Below are positions 23,337-35,757 of a stretch of 64,000 bases of DNA, in pieces; within the stretch, counting starts at the first letter, position 1, and the number at the start of each line of letters is the position of its first letter. A program made the translations under genes and the position numbers. This stretch comes from Mobula hypostoma (taxonomy: Eukaryota), in assembly GCF_963921235.1 (NCBI RefSeq), contig NC_086097.1, forward strand, positions 17,112,001 through 17,176,000, read 5' to 3'. The notes beneath the pieces were generated by a model. That model saw nothing but the letters and a program-made list of their open reading frames with translations, did not search any database and was not told where the DNA came from.

Positions 23337-24862
23337 GAGACTAGTGTTGAAATTGCGGGGACCCTGGCAGAAATATTTAAAATGTCGCTGTCTACAGGTG
23401 AGGTGCCGGAGGATTAGAGAGTGGCTCATATTGTTCCGTTGTTTAAAAAAGGATCGAAAAGTAATCCGGGAAATTATAGGCCGGTGAGTTTAACGTCAGT
23501 AGTAGGTAAGTTATTGGAGGGAGTACTAAGAGACAGAATCTACAAGCATTTGGATAGACAGGGGCTTATAAGGGAGAGTCAACATGGCTTTGTGCGTGGT
23601 AGGTCATGTTTGACCAATCTGTTGGAGTTTTTCAAGGAGGTTACCAGGAAAGTGGATGAAGGGAAGGCAGTGGATATTGTCTACATGGACTTCAGTAAGG
23701 CCTTTGACAAGGTCCCGCATGGGAGGTTAGTTAGGAAAATTCAGTCACTAGGTATACATGGAGAGGTGGTAAATTGGATTAGACATTGGCTCGATGGAAG
23801 AAGCCAGAGAGTGGTGGTAGAGAATTGCTTCTCTGAGTAGAGGCCTGTGACTAGTGGTGTGCCACAGGGATCAGTGCTGGGTCCATTGTTATTTGTCATC
23901 TATATCAATGATCTGGATGATAATGTGGTAAATTGGATCAGCAAGTTTGCTGATGATACAAAGATTGGAGGTGTAGTAGACAGTGAGGAAGGTTTTCAGA
24001 GCCTGCAGAGGGACTTGGACCAGCTGGAAAAATGGGCTAAAAAATGGCAGATGGAGTTTAATACTGACAAGTGTGAGGTATTGCACGTTGGAAGGACAAA
24101 CCAAGATAGAGCATACAGGGTTAATGGTAAAGCACTGAGGAGTGCAGTGGAACAGAGGGATCTGGGAATACAGATACAAAATTCCCTAAAAGTGTCGTCA
24201 CAGGTGGATAGGGTCGTAAAGAGAGCTTTTGGTACATTGGCCTTTATTAATCAAAGTATTGAGTATAAGAGCTGGAATGTTATGATGAGGTTGTATAAGG
24301 CATTGGTGAGGCCGAATCTGGAGTATTGTGTTCAGTTTTGGTCACCAAATTATAGGAAGGATATAAATAAGGTTGAAAGAGTGCAGAGAAGGTTTACAAG
24401 GATGTTGCCGGGACTTGAGAAACTCAGTTACAGAGAAAGGTTGAATAGGTTAGGACTTTATTCCCTGGAGCATAGAAGAATGAGGGGAGATTTGATAGAG
24501 GTATATAAAATTATGATGGGTATAGATAGAGTGAATGCAAGCAGGATTTTTCCACTGAGGCAAGGGGAGAAAAAAAACCAGAGGACATGGGTTAAGGGTG
24601 AGGGGGGAAAAGTTTAAAGGGAACATTAGGGGTGGCTTCTGCACACAGAGAATGGTGGGAGTATGGAATGAGCTGCCAGACGAGGTGGTAAATGTGGGTT
24701 CTTTTTTAACATTTAAGAATAAATTGGACAGATACATGGATGGGAGGTGTATGGAGGGATATGGTCCGTGTGCAGGTCAGTGGGACTAGGCAGAAAATGG
24801 TTCAGTACAGCCAAGAAGGGCCAAAGGGCCTGTTTCTGTGCTATAGTTTCTATGGTTCTATG
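23337..24862 (+). mobile_element. CR1 family A, second copy (RT and 3' end)
   Basis: Near-identical to 5104-6636; ORFs 23421-23840 and 23847-24617; TAG stops at 23414-16 and 23838-40. Confidence 0.96.
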
Positions 24863-25226
24863 GAGGAGAGAGCAAGTTTGTAAATTTGGTTGGAGCAAAG
24901 GATGTTGCTAATGGTGAGGTGGAGCACTGCAGGAAGGGCATGGGACAGAGAAGGAGTGCCAGGGGTGTGGCACAGGTGCAGACACACTCCGCCCTGAGAC
25001 ACCTGGCAAAGACACTTGATTATTACAGAATGTCTCGCTGGTACTTGCCACTCCCTCCCATCTCCCTTCCCCTTTTCCTAACCATGATTCTTCTCTCCCT
25101 GCCCCTTCACACTCTCAGTCCACAAAAGAGGCCCATATCAAAAATCAGGCTTATCATCACTCACATATGTCGAGAAATCTGTTTTCTTTTTGTGGCAGCA
25201 GTACAGTGCAATGCATAAAATTACTA

Positions 25227-25295
25227 CAGTGTTGTGCAAAAGTCTTAGGCACTGTAGATATAAATATAGGTGCCTCAGACGTTTGCACAGTACTG
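25227..25295. mobile_element. Tiny Tc1-type hairpin MITE
   Basis: TA-flanked CAGTGTTGTGCAAAAGTCTTAGGCAC..GTGCCTCAGACGTTTGCACAGTACTG. Confidence 0.8.
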
Positions 25296-26374
25296 TATAG
25301 GTTTTGAGAAATCCATATTTTTATTTATCAGTGTGAAGGAAAGTTCGTCTGAAGGAAAGGTTCCACACAACATCACTTGGACAAGGGTCTCTGAGTTCTT
25401 CAGCATGATTTATACCAGTAAGCCATCTGCAAACAAATTCTGAAAAGTTTGCCAAAGACATTTCTTATTTTGGCAAGGTTATTTCCCCTTTAAACAATGC
25501 ACTTGAGAATAGCGGACAAAACTTACAGCTTGAACAAGAAAGCAAAATATTGCAAATGCTGGAGGGTTTTTTCCCCCTCATTTTATTGCTCTAATCATCT
25601 CTAGTAATTGTGACTAAAATGAAAACGTTGTTAAGTTTATTTCCTTTCTTCCGAATACTGCGGCATTCAGTTTCAAAATCAATTAAAGCTGAAATGTTTG
25701 CTGGTCCAAACGAGGAATGCTGCCATTGCAGTTGAGTTTTCCCAGTCAGAGGAGACAGGAAACTGAAGAAATAAATAGAGTAGCTGTCCAAACGCACAGA
25801 ATGATCAATCTGACTCTATAAAACGCTTGCACCTAGCTTATGCCCGTCACCCTTCAATAATTAGACTTCAAAGCTTCAAGAGCAGAAAAGAGAGGGAAAA
25901 AAGCAGTCATTTCCTTCTTGTTCTGCTGACATTTTTAACCTGACCTCATCCCAGGGATAGAGTTTATAAAGGCTGCCAATCTGTAGTAACTTCCTGCAAT
26001 AACTGATCTCAGGATGTGCCATTTAGATTGGAATAGTAAAGAATATCCTTTTAAACCAATAGATGGTCTCTGATAATAGTTGGGATATAGCATGTATCTA
26101 AAGTAAATACTTTATAAAACTACTTGCAGGCTTAAGGCAGGGAGGTAGAAGGAAGCAGCTCTTGCTAACAAATGGTTGCTAGTAAATGATTCGAGGACCA
26201 GGTGCTGCAGGTTTGAAATAGTGGGCAAAAGATTCATCAGGTTGCAGGAAGATTATTTTTTTACCCATAATAGTGTTGATCAGTAACTTACATTGGAAAT
26301 AAAACCAATCAGCGTTTTCTTGTGAGAAAACAATTTGTATTAATACCGTAAAAAGAACAGGAAAATAGAAGTCC

Positions 26375-26640
26375 TCCTCTGCTTTCCTCTACCTCTTTCT
26401 CTTTTCTACTTTTCCTGATCCACATGGCCCTCATCAACCTGCCTATCATCCTTCACCTCCAAGCACCTGCCTCCAACCCTTACCTCCACCATTTTATACC
26501 AGCTACCTTCCTTCTAAATTTCATTCCAGATGAAGGGTCTGAACCCATAATGTCTATTTCCCTCCACAGATGATGCTTGACCTGTTGAGTTCCTCCAGTG
26601 TTTGTGTGTTGCACCAGATCCCAGCATTTGAAGTCTCTTC
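26375..26640 (+). mobile_element. Penelope-like element terminal remnant
   Basis: Pyrimidine-rich stretch then CCAGATGAAGGGTCT..AGATG.TGC.TGACCTG.TGAGTTCCTCCAG; relatives at about 26875-26985, 31655-31872 and 45885-46050(-). Confidence 0.55.
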
Positions 26641-27939
26641 TTTCCCCAGGAAACTAAGCCTGCTGATATTGCCCTAGTAGGAGTTGGCATGCAGTAATAA
26701 TCTTACGGCTATACAACTTCTATCTTCTGCAAAGCATACAAACATATGATCTTAAAGGGATAGTTCAGATTACATGCCACTCAATGACAAAGTATAGAAA
26801 TCTTAAAGGGATAGTCCAGATTATATAAAATTCAATATCTGCAGATACTCCAGGCCTCAGAGAATTCAAATATCATCATAGTGAGATCTGAGAAATTAAT
26901 CGTCTCACTTTCCACAGATGCTACCTGATTGACTGAGTTTTTCTAGCATTTTCTGTCTTGGTTTCAGATTTCCAGTATCTGTGAGTTGTCATTGTTTATC
27001 CTTTTTTCAGTGAACAGCTTTCCTTCTTCAGCTTTGGTTGTGCAACAGTTCTGAGATTACTGTCTCAGTTATGTTCCTAAGAGGAACTGAACAAATACTT
27101 CAGCAATGATTGGGGCTTCTGTTGTTGTTTACTTACGGTTTTGTGATGAGTCATTCATGGATTCACAGAGTTTTCAGTCCCTTGAGAACTTATAGTCACT
27201 GTTCAGAAATCTTAATCGTTTGGCTAGCTGTCAAGCAGAAAATGAGTGGAATTTTGTTATTTTCTTTTTAACGAACGCCAATGTTACTGGCATTTATTGA
27301 TCATGAGCTTTGAGAAACATCTTGACATTTTGAAGCTCTTCTGGTGAGCATACTCTCACAGTGTCTGTGGGAAGTGAATTCTTGGCCTTGAGCACCATGG
27401 CATATTTTGAAGTCAGGAATGATACTCGGCTTGCAATGAGGTGGGGGATTAGCTTACAAGAGTTGCCCTTGTCCTTCTATTTGGGCACGCATTGGGAGAT
27501 GGTAGCGATTGGAGCCTACTTGGAGACTGCGGCCTATTTGTAAATAGTGCACACTGCTGCCTTGGTCTAGCATTGTGGAGGGAGTGAATGCTCACGGTGA
27601 TAGAAGGGGAGCTACTCAAGTAGGCTTTCTGTACCAGATAGGGTCAAGTTTTTTGACTGTCATAGGACGTGCACTCTGACTCAAATTCAGATTCAGATTT
27701 ATTTATATCATGTACATCAAAATATACAGTGAGATACGTCACTTGTGTTACCAACCAACACCCTAGAAAGTGTGGGGGATGGCCCACAAGTGTTGACTGA
27801 TATTTTAGCACTACCATATCATGCCCACATTGTTCAACACCAATACAACACACAGCTCAGAATGACACAAGCTGCAGCAATAAAAACAGGACCAAACAAG
27901 GCAACAGCAGCAAAACGGGACGTGGGAGGGACGTGGGAG

Positions 27940-28640
27940 TTCTCCTGCCGGATTCCCTAAAGGTTAATTTGTAGGTTGAGTCAGCGATGAGGCAGATAAT
28001 TGCAATATTAGCACTCATTTCCAGAGGATTAGAATATAAAAGCAAGGATGTAATGTTGAGGCTTTATAAAGCACTGGTGAGGCCTCACTTGGAGTATATT
28101 AAGCAATTTTGGGCCCCTTATCTTAGAAAGGATGTGCTGACATTGGAGAGAGTTTAAAGGAGGTTCTCGAAAATGATTCCAGGATTGAACGGCTTGTCGT
28201 ATGAAGAGTGTTTGATGGCTCTGGGTTTGTATTCACTAGAATTCAGGAGAATGAAGGGTGGCCTCATTAAAACCTATCGAATGTTGAAAGGCCTCGATGG
28301 AGTGGATATGAAGAGGATGTTTCCTGTGATGGGGGAATCTAACACCAAAGGACACAGCCTCAGAAAAGAGGGAAGTTCTTTTAGAACAGAAATGAGTAGG
28401 AATTTCTTTAACCAGAGTGTGGTGAATTTGTGGAATTTGTTGCCACAGGCACCTATGGGGGCTAAGTCTTTACATATATTTAAGACAGGGTTGGTAGATT
28501 CTTGATTAGTCAAGGCATGAAAGGATACAGGGAGAAGGCAGGAGATTGGGGCTGAGTGTAAAAATGGATCAGCCATGACGAAGTGGTGGAGCAGACTCAA
28601 TGAGCCAAATGGTCTAATTCTGCTCCTATATCTTATGGCC
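27940..28640 (+). mobile_element. CR1 3' part (family D)
   Basis: MIPGLNGLSYEECLMALGLYSLEFRRMKG..GHSLR..FFNQSVVNLWNLLP. Confidence 0.85.
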
Positions 28641-29194
28641 TAAAACAAGCCTTTTCCATCCTTCTAGCCCCTCACATGCACAGGCTTTTAAATCCAAGGC
28701 AGACCACATGTGGGCCTCGCAGACATCAAGCCTCCAATCTGCTGTTTTTGGCCTTGATTCCCATCATTGCAGACATCGGACTTTGAACCTTCAGTCTTTG
28801 GACTGGACTCATCCTCTATCTTCGATTCTCTGACTTTGGTTTTTGACCTTTCCAGCTTTCTACCTCTAGACTTTGACTTTTGGCTCTATCCTCCAGACTG
28901 CACCATCCTCTGGGCACTGACCCCAGGACTACCCAATCATGGGCTAACTAGACCTTTGTGCCTCGAACCAGGACTTGCCAATGTCAAATTTGCCAGTGAC
29001 AGACATTGCAACTTGGTGCCACCTTAACGGGAAGATGCATCCAGGAAAGTGGAAAGTATTCCATCACAATCTGGATATTAGTTGAAGATAGTGGATTAAA
29101 CAATGTAAACCTTGAGATGCATCCATAATCCAGCAACAACTTCACATCCAGAAACATGAAGAAAACAGCATTTCCATTAGTAGATCCTGCATTT

Positions 29195-29857
29195 AGATCT
29201 GCTCCAATTTGTCTACCAAAGCAAAAGTTCTACAGCTGATGCCATCCCATTGGCTCTTCACACAACCCTGGAACATCTGGAGAGCAAAGATGCATACATC
29301 AGGATGATCTTCATCCATTACAGCTTGGCATTTTATACCATCATCCCCTCAAAACTAATCAGTGAACTCCAAGACCTGGGCTTCAATATCCCCTTGTGCA
29401 ATTGGATCCTGGATTTTCTCACTTGTAGACTCCAGTCAGTTCAGACAAGTTTGCTGATGACACCACTGCTGTGGGCTGCATCAAAGGCGGTGATGAAGCA
29501 GCACAGAGGAGGAAGATTGAAAATTTGGCTGAGTGGTGTAATAACAACTACCTCTCACTCAATGCAATAAGACCAAGGAAATCTTCGTAGACTTCAACAG
29601 AGAGAAACCAGAGGTCCACAAGTCAATACTCATCAGAGGATCAGAGGTGAATTCCTGGGCATCACTATCTCAGATGACATGTCCTGGACCCATCATATAA
29701 ATATAATTGAAAAGAAAACATGACAGCACCTCTACTTCCTTGGTAGTCTGCCAAGATTCAGCAGGTCAGCAAAAACCTTGGCAAACTTTGAGGGATATGT
29801 GATGGAAAGTGTGCTGCCTGGCTGCATTATAGCCTGGTATGGGAACACCAGTGCCTT
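29195..29857 (+). mobile_element. Rex1/Babar RT fragment
   Basis: [49 protein letters not shown] codons near 29450. Confidence 0.85.
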
Positions 29858-29869
29858 GATTCATCTATC

Positions 29870-30265
29870 AGTCTCCAAAGCAAAAGCTGTGACTGAAGCA
29901 CAAAGGGCTTCTATTTTGAGTGGCCTACAAGGCGCTTCAAGGATCTCTGCAAGCGTGACATGAAAGCCTTAAAAATCAACGCAGAGTGCTGGGAGGATAC
30001 AGCAGATGACCACAACAAATGGCTAGGTACCCTTCAGCACCACCTAGAGCAAGGCGAAAGAGTGATCCTGAGTCAGTTCGAGGAGCGGAGAGCTAAAGGA
30101 GAGCACAGCGGACAGCGGACAACAATTCCGCGATGCCTACACATGCAGCAACTGCGGCAGAGCCTGCTGTTCCAGGATCAGCCTCAATAGCCACAGTCAA
30201 CGCTGCTCGACAAACCAGTGACTACCAGAGGTGCAGTACCCATGGTCAACCACAACCGACGGAGG
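29870..30265 (+). mobile_element. RTE-clade LINE 3' end with C-terminal Cys/His motif
   Basis: RRFKDLCKRDMKALKINAECWEDTADD..KW then, frameshifted, YTCSNCGRACCSRISLNSHSQRC. Confidence 0.75.
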
Positions 30266-30383
30266 TCACGTTCCTGTTATTATGTCCCTAATTGTGCTGA
30301 GCTTGCTATCATTGGCCCTTTGACTATATGTCAAAACAACAAAAAGTTGGCAATTCTAAAACGTCATCATAAAATTGTAAGAA

Positions 30384-30630
30384 ACATAGAAACATAGAAA
30401 ACCTACAGCACAATACAGGCCCATTGGCCCACAAAGCTGTGACAAACATGTCCCTACCTTAGAGCTACCTAGGCTTACCCATAGCCCTCTATTTTTCTAA
30501 GCTCCATGTATCCATCCAGGAGTCTCTTAAAAGACACTATCGTTTCCACCTCCACCACCGCCGCTGGCAGCTCATTCCACGCACTCACCACTCTCTGTGT
30601 AAAAAACTTACCCCTGACATCTCCTCTGTA
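30384..30630 (-). mobile_element. CR1 family C 3' end
   Basis: YRGDVRGKFFTQRVVSAWNELP; (CATAGAAA)n tail; matches 49700-49945 reversed. Confidence 0.88.
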
Positions 30631-30873
30631 CACCATATTAATGTATATTTCAAGAACTATATAATTTGCATACATGATTGGATTATTGGAACTGTTTATG
30701 TGCCCTGGAATGAACCAGAATAATATGCTAAGATACTTTCTTTTCCTTTGGGTATTCTGGTTTCCTCCAACATTCCAAAGATGTAAGGATAAATAGATTA
30801 ATTGGTCACATAGGTGTAATAGGACATTGTACTGTTGTTGAGCCAGAAGAAGCTATTATCATGATGTATCTCT

Positions 30874-30973
30874 AAGAAAGAAAGAAAGAGAAAAGGTGAG
30901 AAGAAGAAAAGGAGAGAAGGAGAGAAGCAAAGGAGGAAATAAAGAAAGAAAGAAAGAAATAAAGAAAGAAAGA
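30874..30973. repeat. (GAAA)n / purine-rich microsatellite
   Basis: Directly visible. Confidence 0.9.
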
Positions 30974-32878
30974 ACGAACCAGATTTCTATAGCCTCCATT
31001 CTTAAATTGAAAAGAGCATTTATATGACAAGTATCGGGTTTCTTTACTTTTGCAGTTTTGTTAAATTACCCTGAATCTTATTGACAATTCTAGGCTTGGG
31101 CAGGTGGTTAGATAGGAAAGATATAGAGAGATTAGTGTCTAAAGCAAGCAAATGAAATTAAATCAGACAGTCGGTTGTTCAAGTAGAACAGAAAGGGGCC
31201 GTTTTATTCAGCACAATTCTATGATTCTATGATAGGCTGTGCAGGAAATCAAGGCCAATGATCATGTGATTTACACATCATGCGATCTACAGCTGGCTAT
31301 ATTAAGGGAGAAAGTTTGGAGTTTAATGGTGGTCTGAACAGGATATAGAGTCAAGACCATTTGATGATAATTCTGCATTGAATGTATTTCCCAGACCAAT
31401 TATCTAATTATCTAACCCTTTACTGGCTCTAAACTGAAGTAGTCAGTGCCAAAGGCCTTTGATTTCCACTGGAAGCTTGATTCCCAAATAGCACAATCAT
31501 AGACCAATAAAAAGGGGATTTAATTCATTCAGCTGCCACAAGCAGGTCATTGAATGCAATTTTCCAAACACCCATTAAAAATTCTGTAATGTGCGCAATA
31601 AAAGCAGATTTTAACAAACTATAACTATCTTAAAGACATGGTTGTTCAAGCTACTTTGGTATATCACCTCCCAGCTTCATAGTTTAAACCCTCCCTCACC
31701 CACCTGGCTTACCTATCACCTTCTAGCGTGTACTCCTTCCCCTCTCCCAACTTCCTATTCTGGCTTCTTCCCCCTTCTTTTCCTGGTCTTGGCCTGAAAT
31801 AAAGGCTGTTTATTCATTTCCATAGATGCAGACTGACCTGCTGAGTTCCTCCAGCATTTTGTGTGTGTTGCTTCACCAAAGATCTTCAACATAACGTCTC
31901 AAATCCTGTAGTCAATACTTTGATTTACAAAGGCCAATGTGACAAAAGCTCTCTTTAAATCTATTCATGTTGGGGATTACCTTTGCTCACATTGCCTAAC
32001 AGTGAACGCTTACATCCTCTGTACACTTTGCATTCACATTGCAATTGTTTAGAATCTGAGTTTTAAAATCGTACAACATGGAAATGGGCCATTCCACACA
32101 ACTCCTTCATGCTGACTGGGTTGTTCATTACGTTAGTCCCATTTGACCACATTTTGCCCACAGCCCTTTCAATCTCTCCTATCCATGTACTTATCTGCAC
32201 TAGATGTTTTTTTTAAATGTTGTTAATGTGCCCACCTGAACCACTATTTCTGCCAGCTCAAGTCTGCATCACCCATTGCATGAAGAAACTGTCCCTGATA
32301 TCCCTTTCAAATCTCCTCCCTCAGATCTTAAATTTATGCCCACTTGCTCTTAGCACCCCTCCCTGTCTTTTCTAGCTGTCTATGCGCCTTATATTAAGAC
32401 CTTAAGACCATAAGATATAGGAGCATAATTAGCCATTTGGCCCACCAAGTCCGCTCTGCCATTTCATTGTGGCTGATCCAAATTTCCTCTTAGCCCCCAA
32501 TCTCCTGCCTTCTCCCCATATCCTTTCATGCCCCAGCCAGTCAAGAATCTACCAACCTCTGCCTTAAATATACATAAAGACTTGACCTCCATAGCTGCCT
32601 ATGGCAAAGAATTCCACAGATTCACCACTCTCTGGCTGAAGAAATTCCTCCTCATACCCACACTAAAAGGACACCCCTCTATTCTAAGGCTGTGTCCTCT
32701 GATCTTAGACTCTTCCCCCTATAGAAAACATTCTCTCCACATCCACTCTATCAAGGCCTTTCAGCATTCAATAGGTTTCAATGAGGCTACTCCTCATTCT
32801 TCTGAGTTCTCATGAATACACCCCCAGAGCCATCAAACACTCTTCATATGACAAGGCATTCAATCTTGAAACCATTTT

Positions 32879-33592
32879 CATAGAAACATAGAAATATAGA
32901 AAACCTACAGCATAATATAGGCCCTTTGGCCCACAAAGCTGTACCGATCATGACCTTACCTTAGAAATTACCTAGGGCTACCTATAGCCCCTATTTTTCT
33001 AAGCTCCATGCACTTATCCAGGAGTCTCTTTAAAGACTCTATCGTAACTGCCTCCACCACTGTCACCAGCAACCCTTTCCACACACTCACCACTCTCTGC
33101 ATAAAAAACTTACCACTGACATCTCCTCTGTACCTACTTCCAAGAACCTTAAAACTGTGCCCTCTCGAGCTAGCTTTCAGCCCTGGGAAAAAGCCTCTGA
33201 CTATCCACACGGTCAATGCCTCTCATCATCTCATACACCTCTATCAGGTCACCGCTCATCATTCATCGCTCCAAGGAGAAAAGGCCGAGTTCACTCGACC
33301 TATTCTCATAAGGCATGCCCCCCTATCCAGGCAACATCCTTGTAAATTTCCTCTGCACTCTTTCTATGGTTTCCACATCCTTCCTGTAGTGAGGCGACCA
33401 GAACTGAGCACAGTACTCCAAGCGGGGTCTGACCGGGGTCCTATATAGCTGCAACATTACCTCTTGGCTCTTAAACTCAATCCCACGATTGATAAAGGCC
33501 AATGCACCGTATACCTTCTTAACCACAGAGTCAACCTGAGCAGCAGATTTGAGTGTCCTACGGACTCGGGCCCCAAGATCCCTCTGATCCTC
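32879..33592 (-). mobile_element. CR1 family C, 5'-truncated, nested
   Basis: DQRDLG..LEYCAQFWSPHYRKDVETIERVQRKFTRMLPG; (CATAGAAA)n tail. Confidence 0.9.
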
Positions 33593-34309
33593 CTTTGAAC
33601 CTTTTTCATGAAGTTCCTTTGAACCTTCTCCAGTGTGAGCATGTCCTTCTAAGATAAGGGCCCAAAACCTGCTCACAATATGCCAAATAAGACCTCACCA
33701 GTGCTTTATAAAGTTTCAACATACATCTTTGCTTTTCTATGCTAGTCCTCCTGAATTTAATGCTAATATTGCATTTGCCTTCTTTACCACAGACTCAACC
33801 TGCAAACTACCTTTAGAAAATCCTGCATAAGGTCTCCCAGGTCCCTTTACACCTCAGTTTTTTGTATTTTCTCTCCTCTTAGAATATAGTCAACCCTTTC
33901 ATTTCTTCTATCAAAGTGCATGACCATCCAATCCCCCACACTATATTCCGCCTGTCATTTCTTTGCCTATACTCCCAATCTAAGTCTTTCTGTAGCCTCC
34001 ATACTTCCTCAAAACTACCTGCTCCCCACCTATCTTCATATCATCTGCAAACTTTGCAACAAAGCTGTCAATTCCATCATCCAAACATTGACATATAACA
34101 TAGAGAGAATCGGTCCCAGCGCAGACCGCTGTGGAACACCACTAGTTAGCCAACCACAAAAGGCTCCCTTTATTCCTACTGTTTGCCTCCTGCCAATCAG
34201 CCACTGCTTTATCCACGCTAGAATCTTTCCTGTAATACCATGGGCTTGTAGCTTGTTAAACAACCTCATCTATGGCACCTTATCTAAGGCCTTCTGAAGA
34301 TCCAAATAC

Positions 34310-34723
34310 TTCTACTACTACTATGTCGACTCAGGCCTAGGGGCCGGCGTTGGGCACGATGACGGACTCTCCACTCCTCCCTCTCCCTCATCAGTGTGTT
34401 CAGTACATTTACATAGCTGCACCGCTGTCTTCTAGGAGCATGTTGACCATAGTCTTGGGAGGGCGCCCAGGGTTCATCCTCCCATGCTTGGGCTCCCATA
34501 TGATGGCTAGGCTGGCAGGTAGCTCAGGGTGGCATAGACAGTGCCCCACTAGTTGCAGTCTTCTCGCCTCGATTTTAGTGGTGAGCATCGGTAGGTCATC
34601 ATAGAGCTCGACATTCGTCATGTGTTGTTGCCGATTCACGTCAAGAGCTATCCGGAGCATTTGTGTATAGCAACCATCTAGAGACTTTCGCATAGTCTTG
34701 GTCTTAGTCTTCGAAGACTAAGA
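34310..34723 (-). mobile_element. RTE-clade LINE 3' fragment (third RTE family)
   Basis: LDGCYTQMLRIALDV..HMTNVELY..RRLQLVGHC..IIWEPKHG...GRP; (TAG)n tail; imperfect 15-bp duplication TGAAGATCCAAATAC / TGAAAATCCAAGTAC. Confidence 0.85.
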
Positions 34724-35454
34724 TTATGAAAATCCAAGTACACAACATCAACCGAGCTCCTTTGTCTGTCCTGCTTGTTATTTCTTCAAGGAATTCCAAC
34801 AGGTTTATCAAGCAAGATTTTCCCTTAAGGAAACTATGCTGACTATGGCCTATTTTATCATGTGCCTCCAAGTACTTTGAGATCTCATCCTAATAATTAA
34901 CTCCAACATCTTCCCAGCCTTCCCAACTGAGGTCAGACTATCTGGCCTTTCTTCTGTCTCTCTCCCTTCATGAAGAGTGGAGTGACATTTGCAATTTTCT
35001 CAGTTTCCGGCACTATTCTAGAATCTTCACTTTACAATTCTATAATTCACTTTACTCCTCTGTAATACTGATACATCTGGTTTTAGCTTCTTGTTCTCAA
35101 ATTTCAGGGTGAATTCAATCATATTATGATCACTTGCTGCTAGGGGTTCTTTTAGCTTAAGCTCTCTAATCAATTCTGTTTCATTGCCCAACACCCAATC
35201 CAGAATAGCTGATCCTCCCATGGGCCAATCACGAGCAGCTCTAAAAAGCCATCTTGTAGGCACTCTAGAAATTCCCCCTCTTGGAATCCAGCAACAACCT
35301 GATTTTACCAATCTACCTGCTGTCTTATGTATTTATATTTATTTTGTTTTATTCGTTTGCTTATTTATTTGTGTAGGTTTTTTTGTGCCACATTCAATCC
35401 AGAGTGATAATTTTTGCATTCTTCTTTACACTTATGTACTGGAAATGACATTCG

Positions 35455-35757
35455 TCATCATCATGTGCTGTGTCACATGACGTGGGCGATCGTGGTCTTG
35501 ACCATGATTGTTCCTGGCAAATTTTTCTACAGAAGTAGAAATTGTCTGCCTGGCGTCAGTGGTCACACAACCAGGACTTGTGATTGCACCAGTTGCTGAT
35601 ATGGCCATCCACCACCTGCTCTCATGGCTTCATGTGACTCTGATCGGGGGACTAAGTCGGCATTACACCTTGCCTAAGGGTAACCTACAGGCTAGCGGAG
35701 TTAAGGAGTAACTTACACCTCCTTTGGTAGAGACACGTCTCCTCTCTGCTGCCCAAC
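35455..35757 (-). mobile_element. RTE-related non-autonomous family Y
   Basis: Matches 12764-13132. Confidence 0.75.

Larger units (their letters stand above)
32398..35318 (-). mobile_element. Decayed CR1 family D hosting a family C copy and an RTE
   Basis: 3' end at 32398-32880; RT motifs (NKLQAHGITG, TSGVPQ) at 33593-34308; endonuclease end (SAILDWVLGNE, SDHNMIEF) at 35027-35311. Confidence 0.85.

Noticed and set aside
5554..23840. TGG-to-TAG stops as an APOBEC editing signature
   Set aside because: Only a few events, and other differences between the CR1-A copies go in mixed directions.
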